NCBI GenBank assembly: GCA_963835575.1
Contig: CAWIGG010000004.1
Location: 704,001 to 768,000, forward strand
Direction of reading: 5' to 3'
DNA length: 64,000 bases
DNA from: an uncultured Spirochaetota bacterium
GTDB lineage: Bacteria; Spirochaetota; Brevinematia; Brevinematales; JAOACQ01
The position numbers and the translations under genes are program-made. Below are positions 37,000-48,206 of the stretch, in pieces. Position 1 is the stretch's first letter. Every line of letters starts with the position of its first letter. Under the pieces are notes generated by a model that was not told the DNA's origin, did not search any database, and saw only the letters and a program-made list of their open reading frames with translations.

Positions 37000-39519
37000 A
37001 TGTGGGAAACACTGGAAAGAGAAATACTGCCTTTTGTGGACAAACCCGCCCGGTATATCGGCGGGGAGCAGAATTCGGTTATTAAAGATCATCGCGGAAA
37101 GACTAGCGTCTGTTTGATCTATCCCGATGTGTATGAGATCGGTATTTCCAATATCGGGCTGAAAATCCTGTATCACATTTTAAATACTGAAAAAAACATT
37201 GTCTGCGAGAGGGCTTATGCTCCCTGGCCGGACATGGAAGAGAAGCTGAGGGAAAAGAAACTGCCGCTTTATTCGCTTGAGACAAAAAAGCCTCTTTCCG
37301 GATTCGATATTCTGGGTTTTACATTTCAGTATGAGCTTCTCTACACCAACTTTCTCAATATCCTGGATTTGTCGCAGATTCCGCTTTATGCGAAAGACAG
37401 GGGAGCTGTCCACCCTTTTATTATAGGCGGGGGGCCTGTTTCAGGCAACCTGGAGCCTGTTGCGCCTTTTCTTGACGCAATCTGCATCGGCGATGGGGAA
37501 AGCAGGGTTCTCTGCATCACTAAGGCTGTGACGGCAAGTAAAAAAAAAGGAAAATCAAGGATTGATATCCTCAAAGACCTGTCCCTGATCGATGGGGTTT
37601 ATGTGCCTCTTCTTTATGAGACGAAAGAGGAAAACGGGTTTATCATTCCGGTCGGGCCGAAAGTCAGAAGGTTCAGCGAACCCGAATTATCGGATAAGGC
37701 TTTTACCACGGCCCAAATCCTGCCGAACCTGCAGGCGGTCCAGGACAGGGCCGTCGTGGAGGTGGCGAGAGGATGCACGAGGGGCTGCCGCTTCTGCCAG
37801 GCCGGGATGCTGTACAGGCCCTTAAGGGAAAGAAGCGTTTCTTCAATATTAAAACTGACGCGGGAAATTATTAATAATACCGGATACCGCGAACTGTCGC
37901 TGATATCCCTTTCCATCAGCGATTACTCGGATTTGAATACATTGATCGAGGCTCTGGACAAACAGCTTTCCCCCCATGGGGTCTCTTTTTCCCTCCCGAG
38001 CCTGAGGATTGATTCTTTCAATCTGGAACTGGCCCAAAAGGTGAAGGAAATCAGGAAAAGCGGCCTGACTTTCGCTGTTGAAGGCGGGACCCAGATTCTG
38101 AGGGACGCCATCAATAAAAACGTTTCCGAGGATGAGCTGATAAAGGTCATCCAGATAGCGAAGAATCTTGGGTGGAGGAGCGTGAAGCTCTATTTTATGA
38201 TCGGGCTCTGTTCCATAGAAAAAGGCGCGGAAATTGAAGGCATTGCCCGGCTCGCTGAAAAAATAGATTCACTTGTGAAAGGAATTAAATTTACAATCAG
38301 CATTGCCCTGTTTATTCCGAAGGCGCACACACCTTTCCAGTGGAATGCTCAGATGAGAATGGAAGACGCCTCGGATGATTTTCATAATCTGATCAGAACA
38401 TTAAGATCAAAAAGAAATATCAATATCCGCTTTCATGAACCGGATATGAGCCATCTGGAGGGGATCTTTTCAAGAGGCGATAGAAGATTGGCGAAAGCCG
38501 TTGAGCTTGCTTTTCAAAAGGGCGCCAGGTTTGACGGATGGAGCGATCATTTTAATTACGGGAAATGGAAGGAAGCTTTTGAGGAAGCGGGGATCAATCC
38601 GGGTTTTTATCTTCAGGCAAAGGATCCCCAGAAATTATTGCCCTGGGAGCATATAGATTCCGGAATTACGAAAAAGTATTTATTAAAGGAAAGGGAAAAG
38701 TCCCTTCAGAATAAAACTACCGGAGACTGTCGTGACGCCTGCCATGATTTCTGCGGCAGCTGCGACTTCAGGAATATAAAGCCCAGGCCGGCTAAAAAAA
38801 GGGCGGGGGAAAAGATTAAGCTTGATAAAGGCTTTTTAAATAAAGTATTGATCGGGAATAGTTCCCGTTTTCTCTGCAGGTTTCTTTACAGCAAAACAGG
38901 GCTTATGAAGTACATCGGCCCCATCGATCTGGAGGAAATATTTGTACGGGCTTTCATCCGCGCGAATATTCCGGTGGTTTTCACAAAAGGATATAATCCG
39001 CATATCCGTGTGGAAATGGGCTGGGCGCTTCCCATCGGTTTTTCCAGTTTGTATGAAACGGCGGAGATAGAATTGGCGGGAGCAGTGAATGAAGTGAAAT
39101 TATTAAAAAAGCTCAATAAAGAATTGCCTTCCGGCCTGAAATTTATTAGATTTAAGGTGTTGAAAATGCCCGCCGCGAAACTCAGTAAAACCGGCAAGGA
39201 ACATTCAGTACAGTTTTCATTTAATAAAGCGGGGATTGAAGATAAGGTTTCAGAGGTGTTAAATTATCTCGGAGAATTTAAAAAAATCACTTCAAAAAAA
39301 GAAAAGGTGATTAATTTAAAGGAATATTTAACTCAATTTGAAATCAAAGAAAGCCGTGCTTATGTGACCTTTATACAGAAGGAAGGCGGGGCCAGGATTC
39401 AGGATTTCATTACAGCTTTAACGGGCTATGATACTCGCCGGGCCCTCATTCTGGATCCATGTGTGAAAAAGCGCTTTCTGATGGAAAATGGAAAACAAGT
39501 CCTGCTTTTTGATTTATAA
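37000..39519 (+). CDS. TIGR03960-type radical SAM protein fused to TIGR03936/DUF2344 domain
   Basis: KPARYIGGE, YPDVYEIG, CERAYAPWPD, RGCTRGCRFCQAG, GARFDGW; C-terminal RAFIRANIPVVFTKGYNPH. Confidence 0.9.
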   Translation: MWETLEREILPFVDKPARYIGGEQNSVIKDHRGKTSVCLIYPDVYEIGISNIGLKILYHILNTEKNIVCERAYAPWPDMEEKLREKKLPLYSLETKKPLSGFDILGFTFQYELLYTNFLNILDLSQIPLYAKDRGAVHPFIIGGGPVSGNLEPVAPFLDAICIGDGESRVLCITKAVTASKKKGKSRIDILKDLSLIDGVYVPLLYETKEENGFIIPVGPKVRRFSEPELSDKAFTTAQILPNLQAVQDRAVVEVARGCTRGCRFCQAGMLYRPLRERSVSSILKLTREIINNTGYRELSLISLSISDYSDLNTLIEALDKQLSPHGVSFSLPSLRIDSFNLELAQKVKEIRKSGLTFAVEGGTQILRDAINKNVSEDELIKVIQIAKNLGWRSVKLYFMIGLCSIEKGAEIEGIARLAEKIDSLVKGIKFTISIALFIPKAHTPFQWNAQMRMEDASDDFHNLIRTLRSKRNINIRFHEPDMSHLEGIFSRGDRRLAKAVELAFQKGARFDGWSDHFNYGKWKEAFEEAGINPGFYLQAKDPQKLLPWEHIDSGITKKYLLKEREKSLQNKTTGDCRDACHDFCGSCDFRNIKPRPAKKRAGEKIKLDKGFLNKVLIGNSSRFLCRFLYSKTGLMKYIGPIDLEEIFVRAFIRANIPVVFTKGYNPHIRVEMGWALPIGFSSLYETAEIELAGAVNEVKLLKKLNKELPSGLKFIRFKVLKMPAAKLSKTGKEHSVQFSFNKAGIEDKVSEVLNYLGEFKKITSKKEKVINLKEYLTQFEIKESRAYVTFIQKEGGARIQDFITALTGYDTRRALILDPCVKKRFLMENGKQVLLFDL

Positions 39520-39832
39520 AAAATATGGGGATCATGAAGCTTTTAATCAAAAAATTATACCTTTTAAAAGAAAAATATCGTTTTTGTCAAATATTTTTCA
39601 AGAAATGGTAGGAATTTTGCCGATTTATCTGTATATTATATATCACAAGGGTGAGTTTTTAAAAATCCCGATAAAAGACACATAATAATAGATTTTGACT
39701 AATCTTTAAAGAGTTTATACATTTCAATCAATTCTTTCATTGCTCTTGCTTTTCCGAATAGTTGTTTGTGAAAGCGTGTCTATTATAGGGGTGGATAGTT
39801 TACCCTGTATTTTTAATAATGGAGAAAGCAAT

Positions 39833-41620
39833 TTGATACCACAGCATGTCATTGAGGATATCCTTAATAGAGTATCAATCATAGATGTTATCGGTAAATA
39901 CACGGATGTAAAAAAGAGCGGCAGGAATTATCTGGCGCTCTGTCCCTTTCATCAGGAAAAAACACCCTCGTTTTCCGTCAGTGAAGAAAAAGGCCTGTAT
40001 CATTGCTTCGGATGCGGCGCTTCGGGAAATTCCATTAAATTTCTGATGGATTACCAGAAACTAAGCTTTATGGAAGCCCTGCAGGAATTGGCGAAAATGG
40101 CGTCTATTGACCTGAATCAATTCTCGGGTGAAAAGGAATTTGCTTCCTCAAAGGAAAAGGAAACCCTGCTGAAAATCAATAAGGAGTCGATGCTTTTTTT
40201 TCATAATCTCCTGCTTGAATCGCCCGACGCTCAAAAAGCCAGGGAATATTTAAAGAAAAGAAAATTGACGCTTGAGATAATAAAAAATTACCGGCTTGGA
40301 TACGGCGGAAAAGAATGGAATTCCCTGACAAAGTATTTAATTGAAAAAGGGTACCGTGAAGAAGACGCCGTAAAAGCAGGGGTAGCATATTCGGGCAATA
40401 ACGGATTGTTTGACCGCTTTAAAGACAGGGTCATATTTCCGATTTTTGATAAAGAAGGCAATACCGCGGGTTTCGGCGGACGCATCCTGACAGAGGATAA
40501 ACAATCGGCAAAATATTTGAATACTCTTGAAAATCCGGCCTTTCATAAAGGCAGTCTTCTTTTTTCATTCAATTTCGCAAAGGATGAAATGGTTAAAAAG
40601 AAAGAAGCCCTCGTTGTTGAGGGTTATATGGATGTGATCGCGCTTTATCAAAACGGGATTAAGAACGCGGTGGCGCCGCTCGGGACTTCCCTTACTGAAA
40701 GCCAGCTGGCGATCATTAAAAGGTATGTTGACAGTGTCGTTTTTATTTTTGACGGCGACGAGGCGGGGATTAACGCCGCCAACAGAGCGCTTGATATTTC
40801 AGTGGCAATCGATTTGAACCAGGCTGTTGTCATTCTGCCGGGCAAAAAGGACCCCTATGATTTTGCCATGGAACACGGCGGAGAGGCTTTTAATCAATAT
40901 GTTCAAAGTAAAAAACTCGCGCCGATGGATTTTAAGCTGCGCTATTTTGCCAAAAAAATTGACGTGAAGGAAAACAAGGTAAAATTTGTGCTCTCGCTCT
41001 TTCCCTATATTATGCAGGTAAATAGTTCCATTATACGTGAAGGGTATATTAAAAAAATAGCGCAATTTATTGACGAGGATTATTCTGTGGTTTTATCGGA
41101 ATACCAGAGCTTTTTAAGGCATGATAAAAATACCGGAAGAATGATCCGCGAATCGAAGGACAAAGATATTTTATATAATAAAGTAGAATCGGAACTCATC
41201 AGCATGCTGATTGTGAACCCGCAGTCTGTCCTTAATCTTTCAGATATTATCAGTGAGGATATGTTTTTAAATATGGAATTAAGGCGGATTTATCATCAGA
41301 TTAACGAAAATCCGGATAGAAAACCGGGAGAACTCATAACGGAACTTAATAACAATGAAATAATTAATAAAATAGCGGAATATGCTCAGAAGGAAGAAAT
41401 CGCCAAAGTCGTCCTTTTAGAATTGGCCTATAATCTTAAAGTTCAATATATTGGCAGGGAATTGGCGAAAATAAATCAAATGGTTCAGCAGTATGATAAT
41501 GAGGCGAATGATACTGAAAAAAATAAATATCTGGTAATGCATAAAGATCTTAAGAACGAAGAATTTATTATGAGAGAAAAACTGAAGGACTGCAGAAAAG
41601 AACTGGAATTATCCGAATAG
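39833..41620 (+). CDS. dnaG: DNA primase
   Basis: CPFHQEKTPSF zinc finger, FGGR, KYLN, VEGYMDV, DGDEAG; likely TTG start at 39833 after GGAG. Confidence 0.97.
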   Translation: MIPQHVIEDILNRVSIIDVIGKYTDVKKSGRNYLALCPFHQEKTPSFSVSEEKGLYHCFGCGASGNSIKFLMDYQKLSFMEALQELAKMASIDLNQFSGEKEFASSKEKETLLKINKESMLFFHNLLLESPDAQKAREYLKKRKLTLEIIKNYRLGYGGKEWNSLTKYLIEKGYREEDAVKAGVAYSGNNGLFDRFKDRVIFPIFDKEGNTAGFGGRILTEDKQSAKYLNTLENPAFHKGSLLFSFNFAKDEMVKKKEALVVEGYMDVIALYQNGIKNAVAPLGTSLTESQLAIIKRYVDSVVFIFDGDEAGINAANRALDISVAIDLNQAVVILPGKKDPYDFAMEHGGEAFNQYVQSKKLAPMDFKLRYFAKKIDVKENKVKFVLSLFPYIMQVNSSIIREGYIKKIAQFIDEDYSVVLSEYQSFLRHDKNTGRMIRESKDKDILYNKVESELISMLIVNPQSVLNLSDIISEDMFLNMELRRIYHQINENPDRKPGELITELNNNEIINKIAEYAQKEEIAKVVLLELAYNLKVQYIGRELAKINQMVQQYDNEANDTEKNKYLVMHKDLKNEEFIMREKLKDCRKELELSE

Positions 41621-41702
41621 TTTTACCGAAATATATATGCGGTATCCCCCGCACTAAGAAGTTTTAAAGGGAAAGAGTTGAAAAGAAAAGGAGAGATAGA
41701 TT

Positions 41703-43397
41703 ATGTACGACGATTTACTTGAAAATGAGGATGTGAACCGGCTTATAAAATACGGAAAAGAAAAAGGCATGCTGACTTATGATGAAATTCTGGACCGGCT
41801 GCCTGAATCGGTGATCACATCCCCGGAAGGCATTGATAACGTCCTTCGCTTACTGGAAGAAAATGAAGTGAATATAGCGGACGCGTTTCTTGAGGAATTT
41901 GATGAGTTTATTGAAGACTCATATGACGAAATCGATTCAATCATAATAGAAAGCGAGGACGAGCAGTCCGATAATCCGCTCAGGATCTATTTGAAGAAAA
42001 TAGGCAAGATCCCTCTTTTGGCCCAGCCGCAGGAAATTGAAATTGCTAAAAAAATCGAGGAAGGCCAGCTCAAGATCAACAGTTCCGTCTATGACGCGGG
42101 ATTTCTTGTGCCTGAAATCAATGAGATTATTGAGGACATACTGAAAGGAAAAGGCAAGCTTTATAATTTCTTTAATCTTCCTAAAATCTATAATATCACG
42201 GCAAAAGAAAGAAAGGAAAGAATGAAGATCATCGCCAAAGTAGCCAGCTATTTGAAGGATTTTTATAATGAAATGGAAAGAATAGATAAAGAATGGGAAA
42301 ACTCGGATGAAAAAGAAAAAGCGGAACTGAAGGAAGAAATCAGAAAAATCAGAAGAAAATTTGTTGACGATATCAAGACAATCGATATTAACCAGAAAAT
42401 CCTCCTGAATGCCGCTGAAAAATTGATTTATGTGGCGGAAGAGCTGGAAAAGACCCAGGAATATTTCAAGAAAGTAGAAGAGGTGAATAATCTCAGTGTT
42501 ACCGAGATATATAAACTTTCAAGACAGAACCAGGGTAATGAGTCATTAAAGAGTCTGGTCCAGGGCCTTAAGGAAAAAGAAGCGAAAATAAAAGAAATCG
42601 GGAATAATTACAAAGCTTCAATAAAGGAACTGATCCACTGGTCCCATGAGATCCGGGAAGGTAAGAATATTGTCGAGGAAAGGAAGAAAGAGCTGGTGCA
42701 GGCGAATCTCCGTCTTGTTGTCAGTATCGGAAAGCGTTATATCAACAGGGGCGTTCATCTTTTCGACCTGATCCAGGAAGGAAATATCGGTCTCATCCGA
42801 GCCGTGGAAAAATTTGAGTACAGGAAGGGATATAAGTTTTCCACGTACGCCACCTGGTGGATCCGTCAGGCCATAACCAGGTCGATTTCAGAACAGTCCA
42901 GGACCATCCGTGTCCCGATCCATATGATAGAGCAGATCAACAAGGTCAAAAAAGCCGAAATGGACCTCACTCAGGACCTGGGCAGGCTTCCTTCCGTCGA
43001 GGAAATATCCACCCGCGTGGGATGGGGAATTTCAAAGGTTAAAAATATCAAGAGCGTGGCAAATGACCCTGTATCGCTTGAAACCCCTGTGGGAAGGGAC
43101 GAGGATTCGGCGCTGGGTGATTTTATTGAGGACATCAAGGCGGCAAGCCCGCTGAATTCAACGATGAATAATATGCTCCGGGAAAAACTGGGCGAGATTA
43201 TCGACCAGCTGCCGCTCCGGGAGCAAAAAGTCCTGAGGATGCGTTTCGGATTGGAAGACGGTTATTCACATACATTGGAAGAAGTGGGATATCTCTTCCA
43301 GGTTACAAGGGAAAGGATCCGCCAGATTGAGGCGAAGGCGCTGAGAAAGCTTAGAAATCCGAAACGCGTGAAAGAATTAATGGATTTTATTGATTAG
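41703..43397 (+). CDS. rpoD: RNA polymerase primary sigma factor
   Basis: Region 1.1/1.2; ANLRLVVSI, DLIQEGNIGL, YATWWIRQAITR, TRERIRQIEAKALRKL. Confidence 0.97.
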   Translation: MYDDLLENEDVNRLIKYGKEKGMLTYDEILDRLPESVITSPEGIDNVLRLLEENEVNIADAFLEEFDEFIEDSYDEIDSIIIESEDEQSDNPLRIYLKKIGKIPLLAQPQEIEIAKKIEEGQLKINSSVYDAGFLVPEINEIIEDILKGKGKLYNFFNLPKIYNITAKERKERMKIIAKVASYLKDFYNEMERIDKEWENSDEKEKAELKEEIRKIRRKFVDDIKTIDINQKILLNAAEKLIYVAEELEKTQEYFKKVEEVNNLSVTEIYKLSRQNQGNESLKSLVQGLKEKEAKIKEIGNNYKASIKELIHWSHEIREGKNIVEERKKELVQANLRLVVSIGKRYINRGVHLFDLIQEGNIGLIRAVEKFEYRKGYKFSTYATWWIRQAITRSISEQSRTIRVPIHMIEQINKVKKAEMDLTQDLGRLPSVEEISTRVGWGISKVKNIKSVANDPVSLETPVGRDEDSALGDFIEDIKAASPLNSTMNNMLREKLGEIIDQLPLREQKVLRMRFGLEDGYSHTLEEVGYLFQVTRERIRQIEAKALRKLRNPKRVKELMDFID

Positions 43398-43398
43398 A

Positions 43399-43585
43399 GG
43401 ACAAATCCAAAAACAAAATGTTTTTGGATTTGTCCCGATTGGAATAAACTTTTTGGGAATACAAAAGATGCTGTTCCTCACCATTTTGTCAGGGCAGCTC
43501 CAGTGGAACTCAGAAAATGGTGAGGGACTGCATGATTCGGAACAACATCGGCAGTTCCAAAAAATATGAGTTTTTAGAACTGCCT
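43399..43585. mobile_element. MITE-like three-hairpin element, copy 3 (different central hairpin)
   Basis: GGACAAATCCAAAAAC...GTTTTTGGATTTGTCC; central CCTCACCATTTT...AAAATGGTGAGG; ends ...TTTTTAGAACTGCCT; 4-bp TSD TAGA. Confidence 0.82.
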
Positions 43586-43658
43586 TAGAAATTAAAATTT
43601 TATTGAAATATTAAGTGATTATTCTTATAATTTTTCAGACGAAAAAAGGAGATAAGGA

Positions 43659-44522
43659 ATGGAAGTCAAACCATTAAAGAAACTCAGGCTTTATGGTTTT
43701 AATAATCTGACAAAGACGCTGAGCTTTAATATGTATGATATCTGCTATGCCAAGACAACCCAGCACAGGCACGCTTATATTGAGTATATCGACGAGGAAT
43801 ACAACGCAGAGAGGCTGACCAGTATTTTAAGCGATGTGGCCAATATTATCGGCGCCACGATTTTAAATGTCGCCAAGCAGGATTATGATCCTCTGGGCTC
43901 AAGCGTCACGATGCTTATTTCGGAAGAAAAAATGCACCTTGAGGATATTGCCGGCGTCGAAACAATGGAAGCCTATCAGCACTCTGTTGTCAGCCATCTG
44001 GATAAAAGCCATATTACTGTTCACACGTACCCGGAAAGCCATCCCGATAACGGCATTAGCACATTCAGGGCTGATATAGACGTCGGGACATGCGGAAAGA
44101 TTTCTCCGGTTAAAGCGCTTAATTATCTCATTCACAGTTTTGGACCGGATATTATCATTATGGATTACCGGGTAAGGGGTTTTACCCGTGATATAGACGG
44201 CAAAAAATTCTTTATTGACCACAAAATAAATTCCATTCAGAACTATATTTCGGAAGAGACGCTTGACAGTTATCATGCAGTCGATGTGAATGTCTATCAG
44301 GAAAACATTTTCCATACAAAAATGATCCTGAAGGAATTCGACCTCGATAATTATTTGTTCGGAACGGGGAAAAAAGAGCTTCTGCAGGGAGAGAAAAAAA
44401 GAATCAAACAGCGCTTGAAAAAAGAAATGTCGGAGATATTCTACGGCCGTAATATTCCGAAGCTTCCCAAGCTGAAGATGAATTCGAGCGACGGGATCGA
44501 TGATGAGGATACCCGCGATTGA
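43659..44522 (+). CDS. speD: S-adenosylmethionine decarboxylase proenzyme (E. coli-type)
   Basis: [26 protein letters not shown] self-cleavage site, [13 protein letters not shown]. Confidence 0.95.
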   Translation: MEVKPLKKLRLYGFNNLTKTLSFNMYDICYAKTTQHRHAYIEYIDEEYNAERLTSILSDVANIIGATILNVAKQDYDPLGSSVTMLISEEKMHLEDIAGVETMEAYQHSVVSHLDKSHITVHTYPESHPDNGISTFRADIDVGTCGKISPVKALNYLIHSFGPDIIIMDYRVRGFTRDIDGKKFFIDHKINSIQNYISEETLDSYHAVDVNVYQENIFHTKMILKEFDLDNYLFGTGKKELLQGEKKRIKQRLKKEMSEIFYGRNIPKLPKLKMNSSDGIDDEDTRD

Positions 44523-44626
44523 TACTGTTTCAGTTCATTCAGTGTAAATAATTATGAAAGAAAGTTTCAATTATGACAGCGGACACCTTTTGTAAAATCT
44601 AAAATAAATATATTTGAGAGGAAAAT

Positions 44627-45202
44627 ATGACAAAAAAGATTTGTACCTTATTAGCATGCATCGGCATTGTTTCGGTTCTCTTAGCCGGAGCCGGATACTC
44701 CGCGGAAAAAATAACGAAAAAGGGGAAAAAAATGAATCGTGTCGCAGTGTTTGAAACCTCGATGGGGAGCTTTAAAATTGAGCTTTTTGAAGACAAAGTC
44801 CCGCTCACGACTAAAAATTTTATTGATCTGGTCAACAAAGGATTTTATAACGGATTGACGTTTCACCGTGTCATTGATGAATTTATGATCCAGGGCGGCG
44901 ATCCGAGCGGTAACGGTACCGGCGGCCCCGGCTATACAATCAAGGACGAGTTTAACAAGGATCTAAAGCACAGCGGGCCGGGAATTCTATCCATGGCAAA
45001 CGCGGGTCCGAATACCGGCGGTTCACAGTTTTTTATAACTCTTGTGCCATGTCCCTGGCTGGATGGAAAACACGCCGTTTTCGGCAAGGTTATAGAAGGG
45101 ATGAAAGTTGTCAGCGCGATAGGAAAAGTTGAGACAGACCCGCAGAACAATATGCCCATCAAGCCTGTTGTGATAAAAAAGATCACAATAGAAGTTAAAT
45201 AA
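44627..45202 (+). CDS. Cyclophilin-type peptidyl-prolyl isomerase
   Basis: [41 protein letters not shown]; signal-like N-terminus. Confidence 0.95.
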   Translation: MTKKICTLLACIGIVSVLLAGAGYSAEKITKKGKKMNRVAVFETSMGSFKIELFEDKVPLTTKNFIDLVNKGFYNGLTFHRVIDEFMIQGGDPSGNGTGGPGYTIKDEFNKDLKHSGPGILSMANAGPNTGGSQFFITLVPCPWLDGKHAVFGKVIEGMKVVSAIGKVETDPQNNMPIKPVVIKKITIEVK

Positions 45203-45230
45203 GATACCGGTGAAACTTGTTTGTAATTTA

Positions 45231-46361
45231 CTATAATAATTTAGCTTTTAAAGGCGCCCGGATGGGCGCCTTTAATGTATGCAGGTAATAATTAAGGATC
45301 TTCTTCTTTAAAATATCAATATTAATGTCATCCCTGGCGGAAATAAAAATGCTTTCGGGATTTAACAGACGGTATTCAAGTATTTTTTTTTCGGGAAGAA
45401 GGTCGATTTTATTAAAACAGTTCAGAACCGGTATTGCTGAAGCGCCTATTTCCGTGAGAGTGTTTTTTATAACCTCTTTTTTTTCGGTAAAATCATGGGT
45501 AGATATATCAATAATATGAATGAGCAGATCCGCCTGAAGAGTGTCTTCCAGGGTGGATTTGAAGCTTTCTATCAGGCCATGCGGAAGGTCCCGGATAAAA
45601 CCGACCGTGTCGGTAATAACCGCATATACAGGTTTATTGTCTCTATAACCGAGCCAGATCTTTCTTGTGGTTGTGTCCAGGGTTGCAAAAAGCTGGTCTT
45701 CAATGAGCACATCCGCTTTTGTCAGGCGTTTAAGTAATGAGGATTTTCCTGAGTTCGTATAGCCGACTATGGCGATTTTAAATTCATTACTGCTCCTGTT
45801 TTTCCTCTGCTCCTGTCTTTCCTTTTCCGCTTCTTTAAGTTTTTTTCTGATCAGATAGATTTTTCTCTGGATCAACCTTCTATCCAGCTCGAGCTGCTGC
45901 TCGCCGGGACCGCGGGTGCCTATTCCGCCCCCCAGCCTGGAAAGCCAGATGCCTTTTCCCGATATGCGGGGAAGCTCATAAGACAGCTGGGCCAGTTCGA
46001 CCTGCAGTTTGGAAATTTTTGTCCGGGCATGAAGCGCGAAAATATCCAGAATCAGTTCAGTCCTTGTAATTACTTTTAAATTCAGCTCTTTTTCAAGATT
46101 ACGGATCTGGGTAGGCGTCAGTTCGTGATTGAAGACGGCAAGCGTAACATTTTTGCCGGAATAAAATGATTTGATTTCTTCGACTTTTCCTTTACCGATA
46201 TAATATTTTGAATCTATATCTTTTCTTTGCTGGATGAGAGTATCGATAACTACAGCGCCCGCGGTTTTAGACAGCTCTTTTAACTCCTGAAGAGATTCGG
46301 ATAGTCTTTCATAAGAATCAAAAGGAAGCTGGACGCCGAGAAGAACGGCATTTTCTTTCAT
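45231..46361 (-). CDS. hflX: GTPase HflX
   Basis: QVELAQL, GTRGPGE, GYTNSGKS, LFATLD, DTVGF, NKID. Confidence 0.96.
   Translation of the reverse strand: MKENAVLLGVQLPFDSYERLSESLQELKELSKTAGAVVIDTLIQQRKDIDSKYYIGKGKVEEIKSFYSGKNVTLAVFNHELTPTQIRNLEKELNLKVITRTELILDIFALHARTKISKLQVELAQLSYELPRISGKGIWLSRLGGGIGTRGPGEQQLELDRRLIQRKIYLIRKKLKEAEKERQEQRKNRSSNEFKIAIVGYTNSGKSSLLKRLTKADVLIEDQLFATLDTTTRKIWLGYRDNKPVYAVITDTVGFIRDLPHGLIESFKSTLEDTLQADLLIHIIDISTHDFTEKKEVIKNTLTEIGASAIPVLNCFNKIDLLPEKKILEYRLLNPESIFISARDDINIDILKKKILNYYLHTLKAPIRAPLKAKLL
45248..45275. terminator. Bidirectional terminator-like hairpin between convergent PPIase gene and hflX
   Basis: TTAAAGGCGCCC-GGAT-GGGCGCCTTTAA. Confidence 0.65.
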
Positions 46362-46367
46362 ATTTTT

Positions 46368-48203
46368 TTATTCTTTTAATAATGTGATCAATTCTCTGAT
46401 TGAATTGAGAGATTCATGGCTCCTCATAAGGGCATTCAGATATTTAGGGTTTTTTAATCCGCCTATCGTACGGATATTCCGGATATATTTTGGAGGCTTT
46501 GTATCAATATCGTTATATAATTTTGTGATAATATCAGTGATAATTATAAAATTTGGGAAAAATTCCTCAAAAAGTTCCTTAGCTTTGGTGTTGGCATAAG
46601 CCACATTCCTTTCCAGAGTTTTCTTTATTTCTGCCGGATTAATGTCCTTTTTTGACATGAGATTGACGATCTTTTTCCCGGCGACTCCATCGGAATTCAT
46701 GTCAAAATTAAAATCCCGTATTTTTTCCTCAAATTTTTCCATAGTATAAAAAGTATCTGAAACTGTTTTCTGGAAATATTTCTCTATAAAGAGCCCGTTT
46801 GTTACCGTCAGGTTGAGAATACTTTTTATTGATTCATCATAGAGATTCATAAGAAAAGTATTGATGATGCCCAGGTGATAACAGTAGATAAAGCCGATTG
46901 TGTCCATTTCTTCTATTTTCTTTGATTGTTCAATGCTGTAAATACCGACCCATTTGATACTGGCGAATATTTTTTTTACTAATGATTCTATTTTTTTTAA
47001 TTTCTTTTCTTTTAAGATATATTTTGCTATAAAATCGGTTCTCTGATCAAAAGTATCCCAGTAAATCTTATAAAGGTCGTATCTGGTGTGAATGAATGCC
47101 GGCAGATAACCGGGGTCTTCCTTTATCAGCTGTAATAATAAGGTGAAATAATTTTTTGACAATATGTCTTTCAGACTGTCAAAACAAATTATCAGTTCAT
47201 TTTCCAATTTTTCAGCAGCGCTTATAGGTGCATCATTCTCCTTCTCAGTTTCTTCTGCATTTGCCGAGGGCACAGATAAAATAGAGAGATAATTAGCGAC
47301 ATCCGAAAGCGTTTTAAACACGAGCACATTATCCATGGATAAATCTATCTGGAGAAGGTTTTCTTCCAGTTGAGATAGATACGGCAGAAGCGCTTCGCCT
47401 GAAATATCATTAAAAGCCGGACTGATACCGGGGTTGAATTGAGAGTCAAATCTTTTGAAGAACTGAATGAAATCAAAATCGGTCAAATTTTTTATATAGA
47501 TCAGATTTGTATATATTTTATTGGCCGCTTCTATGGAAGTTTTTTCTATCATGGATAAATATTCATTTACGGAGCGCTTAACGGCATCTTCAGCCAGCCT
47601 CACGCTCTCAAAGTCCGCGATCACCCTGCTTATGCCCTGATAGGAAAACTTATTATCCACCTCCTTTGAGTTTATGTTCATGATTTTCTCGAAAAATATC
47701 TCAATGCCGGTTTTTTGTATCTGATCGGAGTTGTTCCAGGCGTCCTGATTATCAAGGGTTTTTTCTATAATTTTTTTTAAAGTCAGGATCTTGAGATAAA
47801 CGTCATGGATTTTATAAGCGAAATATTTGGTAATATGCTGAGTTGAGGGATTATAAACGGGCGGTTTATGCCTGTTGAGGTTTTTTTCAATAATTTTCAA
47901 GGCCTTATGAATTTTATAGTTTTCAACGCTTTGAATACCGAAAAGAGAGAGGAAAAAAACATAGACCATCTCAAAGAAATTCAGTTCAACCTGTATTTCT
48001 TTTTTCCCCGACGTTTTACCGGTTTTCGGGCTGATCGTTTCTGAGGCTTTTGATTCGGCTTCCTCCGGCGGAATTTTAGCGGCATTTTTCTGAATCCTCG
48101 CTTTTTCTTCTTCGCTCAGCTGAAGAGCCTTGGGATCGAAAACTTTGTCGTTAAAAACACCCTTCTTTTTAGCCTGATCGACGGAATACTGGTCGTAAGA
48201 CAT
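46368..48203 (-). CDS. Conserved helical protein, DUF5312-like (spirochaete-type)
   Basis: Long helical ORF; FDFIQFFKRFD and C-terminal PKYIRN recalled as similar to the family; not verified. Confidence 0.55.
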   Translation of the reverse strand: MSYDQYSVDQAKKKGVFNDKVFDPKALQLSEEEKARIQKNAAKIPPEEAESKASETISPKTGKTSGKKEIQVELNFFEMVYVFFLSLFGIQSVENYKIHKALKIIEKNLNRHKPPVYNPSTQHITKYFAYKIHDVYLKILTLKKIIEKTLDNQDAWNNSDQIQKTGIEIFFEKIMNINSKEVDNKFSYQGISRVIADFESVRLAEDAVKRSVNEYLSMIEKTSIEAANKIYTNLIYIKNLTDFDFIQFFKRFDSQFNPGISPAFNDISGEALLPYLSQLEENLLQIDLSMDNVLVFKTLSDVANYLSILSVPSANAEETEKENDAPISAAEKLENELIICFDSLKDILSKNYFTLLLQLIKEDPGYLPAFIHTRYDLYKIYWDTFDQRTDFIAKYILKEKKLKKIESLVKKIFASIKWVGIYSIEQSKKIEEMDTIGFIYCYHLGIINTFLMNLYDESIKSILNLTVTNGLFIEKYFQKTVSDTFYTMEKFEEKIRDFNFDMNSDGVAGKKIVNLMSKKDINPAEIKKTLERNVAYANTKAKELFEEFFPNFIIITDIITKLYNDIDTKPPKYIRNIRTIGGLKNPKYLNALMRSHESLNSIRELITLLKE

Positions 48204-48206
48204 TTC

